Positions 42,801-55,508 of a DNA stretch of 64,000 nucleotides are shown piece after piece. The position numbers and the translations under genes were made by a program. How positions within the stretch are numbered: position 1 is the first letter of the stretch; each line of letters starts with the position of its first letter. The notes beneath the pieces are model-generated. The model worked only from the letters and a program-made list of their open reading frames with translations. It was not told the DNA's origin and ran no database searches. Location of the stretch: positions 288,001-352,000 of the forward strand of contig CAVTRY010000014.1 in the NCBI GenBank assembly GCA_963737265.1, given 5' to 3'. Source of the stretch: an uncultured delta proteobacterium (GTDB lineage: Bacteria > Myxococcota_A > Polyangia > Fen-1088).

Positions 42801-45364
42801 GTTTCACCCGCGATACAGGTGCCGCAGTCCAAGCTGCCGCCACAATGGTCGCCGATGGTTCCACAGTACCTGCCGGAGCCCGATCCACAGGTAGCATGTA
42901 CGCAGCTGGTTCCACCCTTGCACAGATGGTCCACGCAGTCCCAGCCGGCAGAACAGGGCGCCGAACAATCGAGCGCGCCACCGCACCCATTGCCAATTCC
43001 CTGTCCGCAGTACTGGCCGCCGGCCGGTGCGCACGTGAGCGGCGCGCAGGTTCCCGCGGGCTGGCATTGGTTGTCGACACAGGTTTCGCCCGCCACGCAA
43101 GAAGCACAATCGAGGCTGCCACCGCAACCGTCGCCGATACTGCCGCAGTACTTGCGCGAACCCACGCCACATGTTGCCGGCGTGCAGTTAGGCCCACCCA
43201 CACACAGGTGATTGTTGCAGATCCAGTTATTTGGGCAGGCAGCGTCGCAGGTCAGCTTGCCACCGCAGCCGTCGCCAACCTCACCGCCGCAGTATTGGCC
43301 TCCGTTCGTGCTACAGACGAGCGGGCTGCACGCGCCGGTTGGCACGCATTGGCCCGCGTTGCAGACTTCCCCGGCGATACAGCCGCCGCACGCCAGACGT
43401 CCGCCACAGGCGTCGCCGATGTCGCCGCAGTATTTGCGCGAACCCACGCCACAGCTGGTGGGGACACAGCTTGAATCACCCATGCACAGATGGTCTTGGC
43501 AGATCCACCCAGCCGGACAATCGCCGCACGAGAGCGCGTGGCCGCACCCATCGCCGAGGTCGTCGCCGCAGTATTTGCCGCCGGTCGGGTCGCATGTCAG
43601 CGCCGTGCACGTGCCGGTGGGCACGCAGAGATGGTTGGCGCAGGTCTGGCCGGGGTCGCAGTTGCCACAGTCGGCACTTCCGCCGCAGCCATCGCCGATG
43701 CTGCCGCAATATTTGCCTGCGCCGGCCCCGCAAGCGATGGGTCGACAGTCCGGCCCGCCTTTGCAAAGATCATTCTGACACAACCATCCAGCGGGGCATG
43801 TGTCGCAGGAGATCGTGCCGCCGCACCCGTCACCGAGCTGTCCGCCACAATAGGTGCCGCCTGCCGGGGTGCAGGTCAGAGGAGTGCAAGCACCCGCGGG
43901 CACGCACTGATTGCGGGTGCAGACTTGGTCCGCCGAACAGACGCCGCAGTCGATGCCGTTGCCGCAGCCGTCGCCAACCACACCGCAATACTTGCCGTCG
44001 CCTGTGCCACAGGAGATGGGTACGCAGGAGCTGCCGCCGTTGCACAAGTGGTTCTTGCACGTCCAGCCGGTCTGACAGCCGCCGCAGGTCATCTGACCAC
44101 CGCAGCCGTCGCCGAGGTCGCCACCGCAGTAGGTCCCGCCCTTCGGGCTGCACGTGAGCGGGTCGCACACGCCATCGGGTATGCATTGGGTGCCGGTGCA
44201 ATGTTCCCCGGTAATGCAGCCGCCGCAATCGAGGCTATTGCCGCAGCCGTCGCCAATTCCGCCGCAGTATTTGCCGGCGCCGGTGCCGCACGCAATCGCT
44301 GCGCAGGAGGATCCTCCTTTGCACAGGTGATGGTCGCAGGTCCACCCCACGGCACAGTCGCCACAGGTCATCTTCCCGCCACAGCCGTCGCCGAGGTCGC
44401 CGCCGCAATATTGACCGCCGGCCGGATTGCAGGTCAAGGGCGTGCAGCCGCTTGCCGGAACGCACTGGTTGTTGCCGCAGATCTGGTCGGCGGCGCAGGC
44501 GCCGCAGTCGAGACTGCCGCCGCAGCCGTCGCCGACGTTGCCACAGTATTTGCCCGGGCCCGTGCCGCAGGACAACTTGGTGCAGCCGACCCCGCCCACG
44601 CAAAGATGGCCCTGACAAGTCCATCCGTTCTGGCAGTCGCCACAGGTCATCGTGCCACCACAGCCATCGCCGAGTTTGCCACCGCAGTACGTCCCGCCCG
44701 CGGGATTGCAGGTGAGCGGCGCGCAGATGCCGGAGGGAATGCACTGGTTGTTCGCGCAGATTTGGTCGGCCGAGCACCCCTGGCAATCGAGCGCATTGCC
44801 GCACTGGTCGCCGATGATGCCGCAGTACTTGCCGTCGCCGATTCCGCAACTGACCGGCATGCACGTTGGACCGCCCTTGCAAACGTGGCCATCGCAAATC
44901 TGACCGTCCGGGCAGTCGCCGCATTCGAGCGCACCACCGCAGCGATTGCCGATGGTGCCGCAGTATCGGCCGCCGCTGACTTGGCAGCTGGTCAGCGGGC
45001 CGGCGTCGCAGTCCAGGCTGGCCGAGCACATGCTGTTCACGCAAGCTTGGCCGTTGGAGCAGCCTCCACAGTCGAGGGTGCCGCCGCAGTTGTCGCCAAT
45101 CGGACCGCAATACTGGACGCCGAGGACGCTACAGGAAGCTTGAACAGACCGTGCGCACCCGTCTGCCGAGGCGAGAGGTGCGTCCAGCACGATCGTGACG
45201 CTGACGGCATCCGCACCCCCACCTCCAGGCGGGTTCGGCCCGGCATCGGAGCTATTGCTAGGGAGGCTGCCGGGGTTTTGGCATGCGGCACCAGCGACCG
45301 CGACAAGCAGCAAACTGCGAAGACAACATCCCGACGGAATGATTCGGTCCCATTTTGCCATCAT
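39842..45364 (-). CDS. Giant Cys-repeat lipoprotein with carboxypeptidase-regulatory-like domain and polyproline tail (1840 aa)
   Basis: Lipobox GAAC; ~25 repeats with core YCG..GDGCGG..C; TIKGKVYDPAG..VYVPN, GKWRR, LRRMGV, QEKALEFMIFDLSSC; ~165-aa (P)nA/V tail. Confidence 0.9.
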   Translation of the reverse strand: MMAKWDRIIPSGCCLRSLLLVAVAGAACQNPGSLPSNSSDAGPNPPGGGGADAVSVTIVLDAPLASADGCARSVQASCSVLGVQYCGPIGDNCGGTLDCGGCSNGQACVNSMCSASLDCDAGPLTSCQVSGGRYCGTIGNRCGGALECGDCPDGQICDGHVCKGGPTCMPVSCGIGDGKYCGIIGDQCGNALDCQGCSADQICANNQCIPSGICAPLTCNPAGGTYCGGKLGDGCGGTMTCGDCQNGWTCQGHLCVGGVGCTKLSCGTGPGKYCGNVGDGCGGSLDCGACAADQICGNNQCVPASGCTPLTCNPAGGQYCGGDLGDGCGGKMTCGDCAVGWTCDHHLCKGGSSCAAIACGTGAGKYCGGIGDGCGNSLDCGGCITGEHCTGTQCIPDGVCDPLTCSPKGGTYCGGDLGDGCGGQMTCGGCQTGWTCKNHLCNGGSSCVPISCGTGDGKYCGVVGDGCGNGIDCGVCSADQVCTRNQCVPAGACTPLTCTPAGGTYCGGQLGDGCGGTISCDTCPAGWLCQNDLCKGGPDCRPIACGAGAGKYCGSIGDGCGGSADCGNCDPGQTCANHLCVPTGTCTALTCDPTGGKYCGDDLGDGCGHALSCGDCPAGWICQDHLCMGDSSCVPTSCGVGSRKYCGDIGDACGGRLACGGCIAGEVCNAGQCVPTGACSPLVCSTNGGQYCGGEVGDGCGGKLTCDAACPNNWICNNHLCVGGPNCTPATCGVGSRKYCGSIGDGCGGSLDCASCVAGETCVDNQCQPAGTCAPLTCAPAGGQYCGQGIGNGCGGALDCSAPCSAGWDCVDHLCKGGTSCVHATCGSGSGRYCGTIGDHCGGSLDCGTCIAGETCAAGQCIPSGTCTALTCNPPGGQYCGGDLGDGCGGKISCNDACPAGWPCQNHLCVGGPTCATAVCGSGAGKYCGSIGDGCGGSLDCGACVAGQTCNGHQCVPSGACTALTCNPPGGQYCGGDLGDGCGGALTCNSPCPSGWVCNNHLCMGNSSCAPISCETGSGKYCGVVGDGCGGSVDCGACTTDEICNGGQCIPSSGCTPATCNPTGGQYCGGDLGDGCGGKISCNELCPSGWSCVNHLCVGGSTCTKNTCNPAGGQYCGSSLGDGCGGTLTCTAPCPDGWSCQDGQCVGGPTCTPQTCTNPGGNFCGTVGDGCGHSLACSSDCGTGKVCTNGLCKGDSSCVPLTCTTSNGGQYCGGTLGDGCGGSITCNGACPTGTTCSGNVCTCNAGLICQVASCSSGTTTIKGKVYDPAGLNAIYNVMVYVPNTALSPITHGATCDQCGTPSGSPITAALTGTDGSFTLTNAPSGSNIPLVMQIGKWRREVKIPTVTACQDNIVADTNLTRLPRNQSDGDAGTVSLPKIALSAGEADRLQCLLRRMGVDAAEFTSPGGSGSVSMYKESSDPGKCVGFDGTGTTYPDATGNLWDSQAHLNQYDMVVLNCGGNQNAADPTSNNTYISHPGAVGRMKAYVNAGGRVFAEHYHWGWMRSFTGYPSTYGEVATWSANTGTLGSAPRDTLIDGSFPKGIAFADWLMKVGASTTSGHLTISSKVKSTAVDQINPPSQRWIYEPTSTSAPTGSAQHTHYFSFNTPIGATAANQCGRFVYTGLHVTDTASDPGDNTTGTYTTFPSCCAAGALTAQEKALEFMIFDLSSCVSDQNLPPPPIPVVPPPAAPPPPPPAPVPPPPPAVPPPPAPPPPPAVAPPPPPPPPPTVAPPPPAPPPAVVPPPPPPPPPASVVPPPAAPPPPVVAPPPPPPPPPSVAPPPPAPPPPSVAPPPPPPPPPSVAPPTAPPPAVAPPPPPAPPPSLLPPPPPPAPPPPPPPVY

Positions 45365-45621
45365 CCGTTTTCTCCCCCTAGAAAGATTGGATATAGATAG
45401 TAACAGAGATTACATATTAGCGAATCTATAATATTCGGTTATAGCGCTCCGTGGCATCCTGGCTGCGCTGTCCTCGCGCGCACCGGCTATATCGGCTGTA
45501 TTCGGCGCGCAATGTAGGCGTCACTTACTCGTGTCAGACGCGGCGTCTGGCGGTTTCGCATGATAAAATGATTTCATCCCACTGTGGGTCTACCGCCAGC
45601 ACTGGCTGGCAAGGAGCCTGG

Positions 45622-47688
<2,067 letters not shown>

Positions 47689-47711
47689 GGCGTCGGACCA
47701 TCGGATACCCC

Positions 47712-48820
<1,109 letters not shown>

Positions 48821-48821
<1 letters not shown>

Positions 48822-50311
48822 TGCCGCACCGAACGTCCCAATTACCCGGCCCGCTGCTCGAAATCCAGCGCTGCATCGAGGAACACGCGCGTGGCTACGG
48901 CCTGGATTTCTGGGAAACCAGCTTCGCCATGCTCGACTACCAACGCATGCAAGAAGTGGCCGCGTTCGGCGGCTTTCCCGTGCGCTACCCGCATTGGCGC
49001 TTCGGCATGGAGTTCGATCACCTGAGCAAGAGCCATGTTTATGGTCTGTCGCAAATCTACGAGATGGTGATCAACAACAACCCAGCCTACGCGTATCTGC
49101 TCGAAGGCAATTCGCTCGTCGACCAGAAAATGGTCATGGCCCACGTTTTGGGTCACGTCGATTTCTTCAAGAACAATTACTACTTCTCCAAGACCAACAG
49201 AAAAATGATGGACAATATGGCGAACCACGCCACGCGCGTGCGCCGGCACATCGAGCGGCAGGGGCTCGACAAGGTGGAAAGCTTCATCGACGTGTGTTTG
49301 TCGCTCGACAACCTCATCGATCCAATGTCGCCCTTCATCACGCGACACGCGCCAGCGCAGGACGAGGAGAAGGAAAAGCCGCCCATCGAAGTGCCGCGCC
49401 TGCGCGCCAAGTCCTACATGGACAAGTTCATCAATCCGCCTGAATACCTCGACGAGAGGCGACGAAAGTTGCAAGAGGAGCAGGAAAAGCCCAAGCGCAA
49501 CCCGCCCGAACCCGAGCGCGACGTCTTGCTCTTCCTGCTGCAAGCTGCGCCGCTCGAACCCTGGGAACGCGACCTGCTCGAAATCGTACGCGATGAAGCC
49601 TACTACTTCGCACCGCAACGGCAGACCAAGGTTCTGAACGAGGGCTGGGCCGCCTACTGGCACAGCAGGCTCATGACCGAGAAGATCCTGGTCGCATCCG
49701 AGCTCATCGACTATGCCGATCACAACGCCAGCGTGCTGGCCGCGGCGCCCGGGCAGTTCAATCCTTACAAGGTCGGAATCTCGTTGCTGCGCCACGTGGA
49801 AGAGCGCTGGAACAAGGGACGGTTCGGCAAGGAATGGAACGAATGCGACGACTACGACAAGCGCCGCACGTGGGACCGACAATTGGGACTCGGCCGGCAG
49901 AAGATCTTCGAAGTGCGCAAGTTGTACGACGATTTGACCTTCATCGACGAATTCTTCACCCAGGATTTTTGCTCCGAAAACGAGTTTTTTTCGTTTGCGC
50001 GCAATGCCAGCTCGGGTAACTACGAAATCGATTCGCGCGAGTTCAAGAAGATCAAAGACAAGCTACTTTTCCAGCTAACCAACTTTGGCGAGCCATTTAT
50101 CTGGGTCCAGGATGCCAACTACGACAACCGCGGTGAGCTGCTGCTCCGCCATCGCCACGAAGGCGTCGACCTTCATCTCGATCACAGCCGCGCCACCATG
50201 GCGTCGCTCTACCGCGTGTGGCACCGGCCCATTTGCCTACTAACCGCTATCGACGGCAAGGCGCGCTTGCTGCGTTTTGACGGCACCGAACACGCCGACC
50301 GTCCTGCCTAG
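48821..50311 (+). CDS. spoVR: SpoVR/YcgB family protein
   Basis: [42 protein letters not shown]. Confidence 0.95.
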
Positions 50312-50358
50312 CGCGGGCTTCGCTAGATCACCTTTTGGCGGGAGGCCGTCGCGCTGGC

Positions 50359-51114
50359 ATGAACGAACGCCAAATCTATGGCTGGCTCCTGGGCGCTTGG
50401 ATTGCCGTGGCGCTTTCCGTGGTGCCCTATCTGTTGCTGCGGCCGGCGCCCTATGGACGGCACGCACGTTTGGGCTGGGGACGCACGGTGGTTGCGCGGC
50501 TGGCCTGGGTGTTGATGGAGACGCCCTCGCCGGCGTTGATGATTGCCATGTTTGCGCTGGGCAACCGGCATGCGAACGTGGTGGCGTTGGTGTTCCTGGG
50601 GTTGTGGCTTATGCACTACCTTTACCGTGCCTTCGTATACCCCTGGCTGCTGCCGGCGGGTGCGCGGCCCATGCCGGTGGCCGTGCTGGCATCGGGGGCA
50701 TTCTTCAACCTGGTCAACGGCTACATCAATGGCCGCTGGCTGTTCACGCTGTCAAATCCGCTGCCACCGGCCTGGCTGGCGAGCCCCCGGTTTATCGCAG
50801 GCTGCTTGTTCTTTGTCGCCGGACTCTGCACTCACGTCGTCGCCGACCGAGCGCTTCGCCGGTTGCGCAGCGACGGGAAATACGCGATCCCGCAGGGAGC
50901 GCTATTTCGCCTGGTTTCGTGCCCCAACTACCTGGGCGAGCTTATCGAATGGTCGGGCTGGGCCGTCGCCACCTGGTCGCCGCCGGGTTGCGTGTTCGCG
51001 CTGTGGACCGCGGCCAACCTGGTACCGCGGGCCATCCGCCACCACCGCTGGTACCGCGAGAGGTTCGCCGATTACCCCAAAGAACGGCGAGCGATCATTC
51101 CATTCGTGCTGTAG
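50359..51114 (+). CDS. 3-oxo-5-alpha-steroid 4-dehydrogenase (steroid 5-alpha reductase family)
   Basis: APYGRH, AWVLME, HYLYRA, VSCPNYLGE, NLVPRA..HHRWY. Confidence 0.9.
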   Translation: MNERQIYGWLLGAWIAVALSVVPYLLLRPAPYGRHARLGWGRTVVARLAWVLMETPSPALMIAMFALGNRHANVVALVFLGLWLMHYLYRAFVYPWLLPAGARPMPVAVLASGAFFNLVNGYINGRWLFTLSNPLPPAWLASPRFIAGCLFFVAGLCTHVVADRALRRLRSDGKYAIPQGALFRLVSCPNYLGELIEWSGWAVATWSPPGCVFALWTAANLVPRAIRHHRWYRERFADYPKERRAIIPFVL

Positions 51115-51414
51115 CTCTCTCGTCAAGGTACCAGCTGTAAACACTGCACCAGCGTCGGCGTCAGGTCGGTGCAGGTGGCGGCTGTGCAAAGGTTGGGCGC
51201 GCAAACGCAGTGGGCCGTTGCGCCCTGTCCGCGTCGCGTCGCTCGTCGGGTGCATGGCCCTGCCCACCAGAGCGTGAGCGCCATCGTCTTTCACCCGTAG
51301 CGCTACCCGTCAAACGCTCGGGCGTATTCGGACCGCCGATCCTCTTCTTCAGTCGATCTTCCTCTGCTAGGGTGCTGTCACGGTCTGCGGCGGGCGACCA
51401 GCTGCCGCCGGGAA

Positions 51415-52125
51415 ATGACACTCATGCGCGGGAGAGAGCCGATGATCGACCATTCCAGAATACGTACCGGTGGAAGGCCACTTACCGCGGTTTTGCTCGC
51501 CGGCTTAGCGCTGGTGTCCTGTGCCCACAAACCCGCCGCGCCCGTGGATCCAGCGGCCGCGAACGACGGCAAGCGCATCGAACGCTTGGAAAAGGTGCGC
51601 GCTCGGGCGCTGGCCGCACCTGGTTCGGCCAGCGAGGCCGGTGCCTTCGCCTTCGAAGTGACCATGCTCTACACCCAAGGCATCGCCCAGCGCCAAAATC
51701 CCCCTCCCACCTGGGTCGACGAGGCGGTGGGCTGCCTCGATGGCGCCAAGGAGGCGCTGCCGGACGAGGCCCCCGATCTGCTAGCCCGCAAGGGCGAGCT
51801 GTTGCTGGCGGCGAGCCGCAGCGACGACGGCATCAAGGCCCTGCACGCGTCCATTGCCGCTCGCCCCACTCTGCGCGCGTTCAACCTACTAGCAAAGACC
51901 TACAGCGAACGGAAGGAGACGGCCGAAGTTGCGTCTTTGTGCAAGAAGACCCTACCCGCCATGAAGTCCGACGAGAGCCGCTACGCCTTGCTCGACGACT
52001 GCATCACGTACAGCGGCGCCGCCACCGCCGAGGCTGGCCTGCGCTGGGCCCCTGCCAAGGACGTCGCCTTCTACAAAGCACGCAAGCGCGACCTCGCGGC
52101 CCGTTCGGCGCGCGCGGCGAAGTAG
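51415..52125 (+). CDS. Hypothetical TPR-like lipoprotein
   Basis: Lipobox LVSC; helical; start uncertain. Confidence 0.65.
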   Translation: MTLMRGREPMIDHSRIRTGGRPLTAVLLAGLALVSCAHKPAAPVDPAAANDGKRIERLEKVRARALAAPGSASEAGAFAFEVTMLYTQGIAQRQNPPPTWVDEAVGCLDGAKEALPDEAPDLLARKGELLLAASRSDDGIKALHASIAARPTLRAFNLLAKTYSERKETAEVASLCKKTLPAMKSDESRYALLDDCITYSGAATAEAGLRWAPAKDVAFYKARKRDLAARSARAAK

Positions 52126-52230
52126 GCGCGGCGACGGCTGCCGTCGTGGAAACTATCGCGGTCACGGCGCCGCGGATAACGAGGCGGGAAAGACCTCGAA
52201 CACGCCGAGGGCCGTTGCGGTGGCGCCATC

Positions 52231-53622
52231 TCACGCCGCCGCGGCCTTCTGTTTGAGCGCGGCGGAGAATTCGCTGACTGTCTTGCGGGCGTCGCCGAAG
52301 ACCATCATGCAATTGGGCATGTAGAACAGCTCGTTTTCGATGCCGGCGAAGCCGGGGGCCATGGAGCGTTTGAGCACGAGCACGGACTTGGCCTTGTCGG
52401 CGTTAAGAATGGGCATGCCGTAGATGGGGCTGGCTTTGTTGTTGCGCGCGGCGGGATTGACCACGTCGTTGGCGCCGATGACGATGGCCACGTCGACGCG
52501 GGGAAAGTCGTCGTTGATCTGGTCCATGTCGAAGAGCTTGTCGTAGGGCACGCCGGCCTCGGCGAGCAGCACGTTCATGTGGCCGGGCATGCGGCCGGCG
52601 ACGGGGTGCACGGCGTAGCGAACGTCGATGCCGCGTTCGCCAAGCACGTCGGCCAGCTCTTTGACCGCGTGCTGGGCTTGCGACACCGCCATGCCGTAAC
52701 CGGGAACCACGACCACGCTTTCGCTGCCGGCGAGAAGCTCGGCGGCTTGATCGCTCGACACCGAGCGGACGCTGCCTTTCACGCCGGCATCCACGCTGGC
52801 CTCGACCGGCTTGCCGAACGCGCCGAACAGCACGTTGGTGATGGGGCGATTCATGGCCTTGCACATGATGATGGAAAGGATGAGGCCCGAGGCGCCGTCG
52901 AGCGTGCCGGCAATGACGAGGATCTTGTTGTCGAGGGCGAAGCCGGTGGCAGCGCCAGCCAAGCCGGCGTACGAGTTCAGAAGTGCGATCACCACCGGCA
53001 TGTCGGCCGCGCCGATGGGAATGACGAACAGCACGCCGAACATCAGTGCCAGCCCCACCATCAAATAGAAGAGCGCCGACGCCTGCGGCTGGGCGATGAC
53101 CCATGCTGTGGCGGTCACGATTCCGGCCAGCAAAAGCATATTGAAGATGTTCTGCCCCTTGAACGTCATGGGCACGCCGGGCAGCCAGCCCTGCAGCTTG
53201 GCGAACGCAACCATGCTGCCGGTGAAAGTCAGGCTGCCGAGCATGACCTCGATGCCGAGCGCGACCATGGAAGCGCTCGGCAAGTGCGCGCCTTCGGAAT
53301 AGTAGTGCGAGATGCCCACCAGCGCGGCCGCGGCGGCGCCAAAGGCGTGCGAGAGCGCCGTCCGCTGCGGCATCGCCGTCATCGGCGTCCACACCGCGAT
53401 GACGATGCCGGCCACCGTGCCGATAGCGGCACCAACAACAATCCACGTGTACGTAATGATGTGGTGATCGAGCAGCGTGCCGGCGATGGCGATGGCCATG
53501 CCGAGCTCGGCCAGGTGCATACCCTGACGCGCGCTCCGTGGCGACGACAGCAGCTTGAGCCCGAGAATGAATAGAACCGCCGCGGCGTAGTAGGCGACTT
53601 CGATGATCTCGGCCTGGTGCAC
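52231..53622 (-). CDS. pntB: NAD(P) transhydrogenase beta subunit
   Basis: MPQRTALSH, GSLTFTGS, GAADMPVVIALLNSY, PGYGMA, HPVAGRMPGHMNVLLAEA, GANDVVNP, KRS. Confidence 0.96.
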   Translation of the reverse strand: MHQAEIIEVAYYAAAVLFILGLKLLSSPRSARQGMHLAELGMAIAIAGTLLDHHIITYTWIVVGAAIGTVAGIVIAVWTPMTAMPQRTALSHAFGAAAAALVGISHYYSEGAHLPSASMVALGIEVMLGSLTFTGSMVAFAKLQGWLPGVPMTFKGQNIFNMLLLAGIVTATAWVIAQPQASALFYLMVGLALMFGVLFVIPIGAADMPVVIALLNSYAGLAGAATGFALDNKILVIAGTLDGASGLILSIIMCKAMNRPITNVLFGAFGKPVEASVDAGVKGSVRSVSSDQAAELLAGSESVVVVPGYGMAVSQAQHAVKELADVLGERGIDVRYAVHPVAGRMPGHMNVLLAEAGVPYDKLFDMDQINDDFPRVDVAIVIGANDVVNPAARNNKASPIYGMPILNADKAKSVLVLKRSMAPGFAGIENELFYMPNCMMVFGDARKTVSEFSAALKQKAAAA

Positions 53623-53624
53623 GA

Positions 53625-53936
53625 CTAGTGACGCCCGCCTTTCGCCCCCGGACCACCGCCCTTGAACATCTTCAGCATGCGCTCGGTGATGAGAAATCCG
53701 CCCACCACGTTGCACGTGGCCGCTGCCACGGCGGTCACGCCGAGAATCGTGCGCACGGTCTCGTATTCCGATCCGGCCACGACGATGGCGCCCACCACGG
53801 AAATCGCCGAGATCGCGTTGGTTGCCGACATGAGCGGCGTGTGCAGTAGCGTCGGCACGCCGTGAATCACGTGATGACCGACGAAGGCCGCCAGCACGAA
53901 CATCATGACCGTCCAGAGAATGAATCCCGTGTCCAC
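53625..53936 (-). CDS. pntA: NAD(P) transhydrogenase alpha subunit, part 2 (membrane)
   Basis: VPTLLHTPLMSATNAISA, NVVGGFLITERMLKMF. Confidence 0.95.
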   Translation of the reverse strand: MDTGFILWTVMMFVLAAFVGHHVIHGVPTLLHTPLMSATNAISAISVVGAIVVAGSEYETVRTILGVTAVAAATCNVVGGFLITERMLKMFKGGGPGAKGGRH

Positions 53937-53938
53937 GG

Positions 53939-55222
53939 CTAGGCCGCCGCCGCTGCTGGGGTTTGCGCCTTGAGCTCGACGCCGATGGCTTGCAGCACCT
54001 TCTTGGCGTCGCCCAAGACCATGTTGGTTTGCGGAAGATCGAAAAGAGCGGTTCTTCACGCCCGCGGCCCCCGGCCGCAGGCTGCGCTTGATGACGAAGA
54101 CCGCGCGGGCGCGGGCAACGTCGATGAAGAGGCATGCCGAACACGGCGCTCGTGGCGTCGTTCAATACCGCGGGATTGACGATGTCGTTGGCGCCCACCA
54201 CCAGCGCCACGTCGGCATCGGCAAGCTCGGCATTGGCGGCTTCCCATTCGAGGATTTGCGCGGTCGACACCTTGGCCTCGTCGAGCAGAATGTTCATGTG
54301 CCCCGGGATCAGCCCAGCGGCCGGATGAATCGCGTAGACGACGGTGGCACCGCGACGGGAAAGCATCTTGGCGATTTCCGCCAGCGCGTGCTGGGCCTGC
54401 GCGGCCGCCATGCCGTAGCCGGGAACCAGCACCACCTTGCGCGCGTTTTCCAGCACCATGGCGCTTTCCTCGGGGCCGCAGACCTTGACGTTGTGGTAGT
54501 CGTCGCGGGCGCTGCTCGTGGCGGCCTTGCCTCTGCTGCCCAAGGCGAGGTCGAGGGGATTGCGCCCAAGCGCGGAAGCCACGATGACCGCCAAGGTCCA
54601 GCCCGCGGTGGCCATCAAGCCGCCCACCGTCACGACGATCGGGTTGCCGAGTGCAAAGCCAACCATGGCCGAGGCCAGGCCCGAAGCCGATGCGGTCAGC
54701 GCCACCACCGAGGGCTGTCCCGATCCGCGCGCGGCCGGCCCCACGGCGGCAAGCACGCCCAGCACCAGCGCGGCCAAACCGGAAGCAATGGCGAGCCCAA
54801 GCGCGGCCCCGCGTGGACCACCTGCGAGAGCGAGCGCGCCGCCCAGGGGCCAAGCTCCGTCGCTGAGAAATGCGACCGCGGCGACCAGCGCCGCGGCGAC
54901 GCCGCCAGCGGCGGCCAGCAAGGGCGCGATGCCGGCGCCCAGTTCCACCTTGCCTGCCAAGCCAACGATTAGGCCAAGCACAAGACCAGCGACAATGCCC
55001 GCGAGCGCAAGCCTTGGATTCGAGATACGCGGCCTCGACGACATGACCGGCCAGCGCCAGCATGAAGCCAAGCCCGAGCAAGGTGACCCCTCGTCGCGCC
55101 GAGCGCACGCGACACATGAGCTTGAGGCCCAGGATGAAGAAGACAGCGGACGCGATGTAGACGATGGGTACCGCGAAGTTGCCTAGCGCGTTCACTGTCG
55201 TTACGTTCATCACGACGTTCAT
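53939..55222 (-). CDS. Divergent second PntB-like subunit (~3 frameshifts)
   Basis: FILGLKLM..SARRG, shortened Ala/Gly-rich TM region, PGYGMAAAQAQH, HPAAGLIPGHMNILL, GANDIVNP, IKRS, GDAK. Confidence 0.8.
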
Positions 55223-55508
55223 CGCCGCTGAGCCCTCCGCTCACGCAAAGCACGCGCCGTGCGCAGCAGGCCACCCACGATGCCCGTGGTGGCGACGGCC
55301 ACCGCACACACGCCGAGAATTGCGGGGGCGCCGTTGCCGCTGGCTCCCGACGCTGGAAGAGCGACGGCGACTGCGATGGCGGCGACCGCCCCCATGCACG
55401 TGGCGAGGGCGCCGTAGAGCGTGGGCGGAACCTTGCGAATCACGTCGAGGCCGAGAAAAACCGGCCAGGGTGAACAAGGTAGAGTGCGATGAGCAAGCCG
55501 CCGGTCAC
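55219..55508 (-). CDS. Divergent second alpha-part-2-like subunit (2 extra bases)
   Basis: FLGLDVIRKVPPTLYGAL..GIVGG; GTGA/ATGA overlaps with both neighbours. Confidence 0.7.

Noticed and set aside
52231-55071. 946-aa double-PntB fusion
   Set aside because: It is frameshift read-through, and an intact alpha2 gene lies inside it in another frame.
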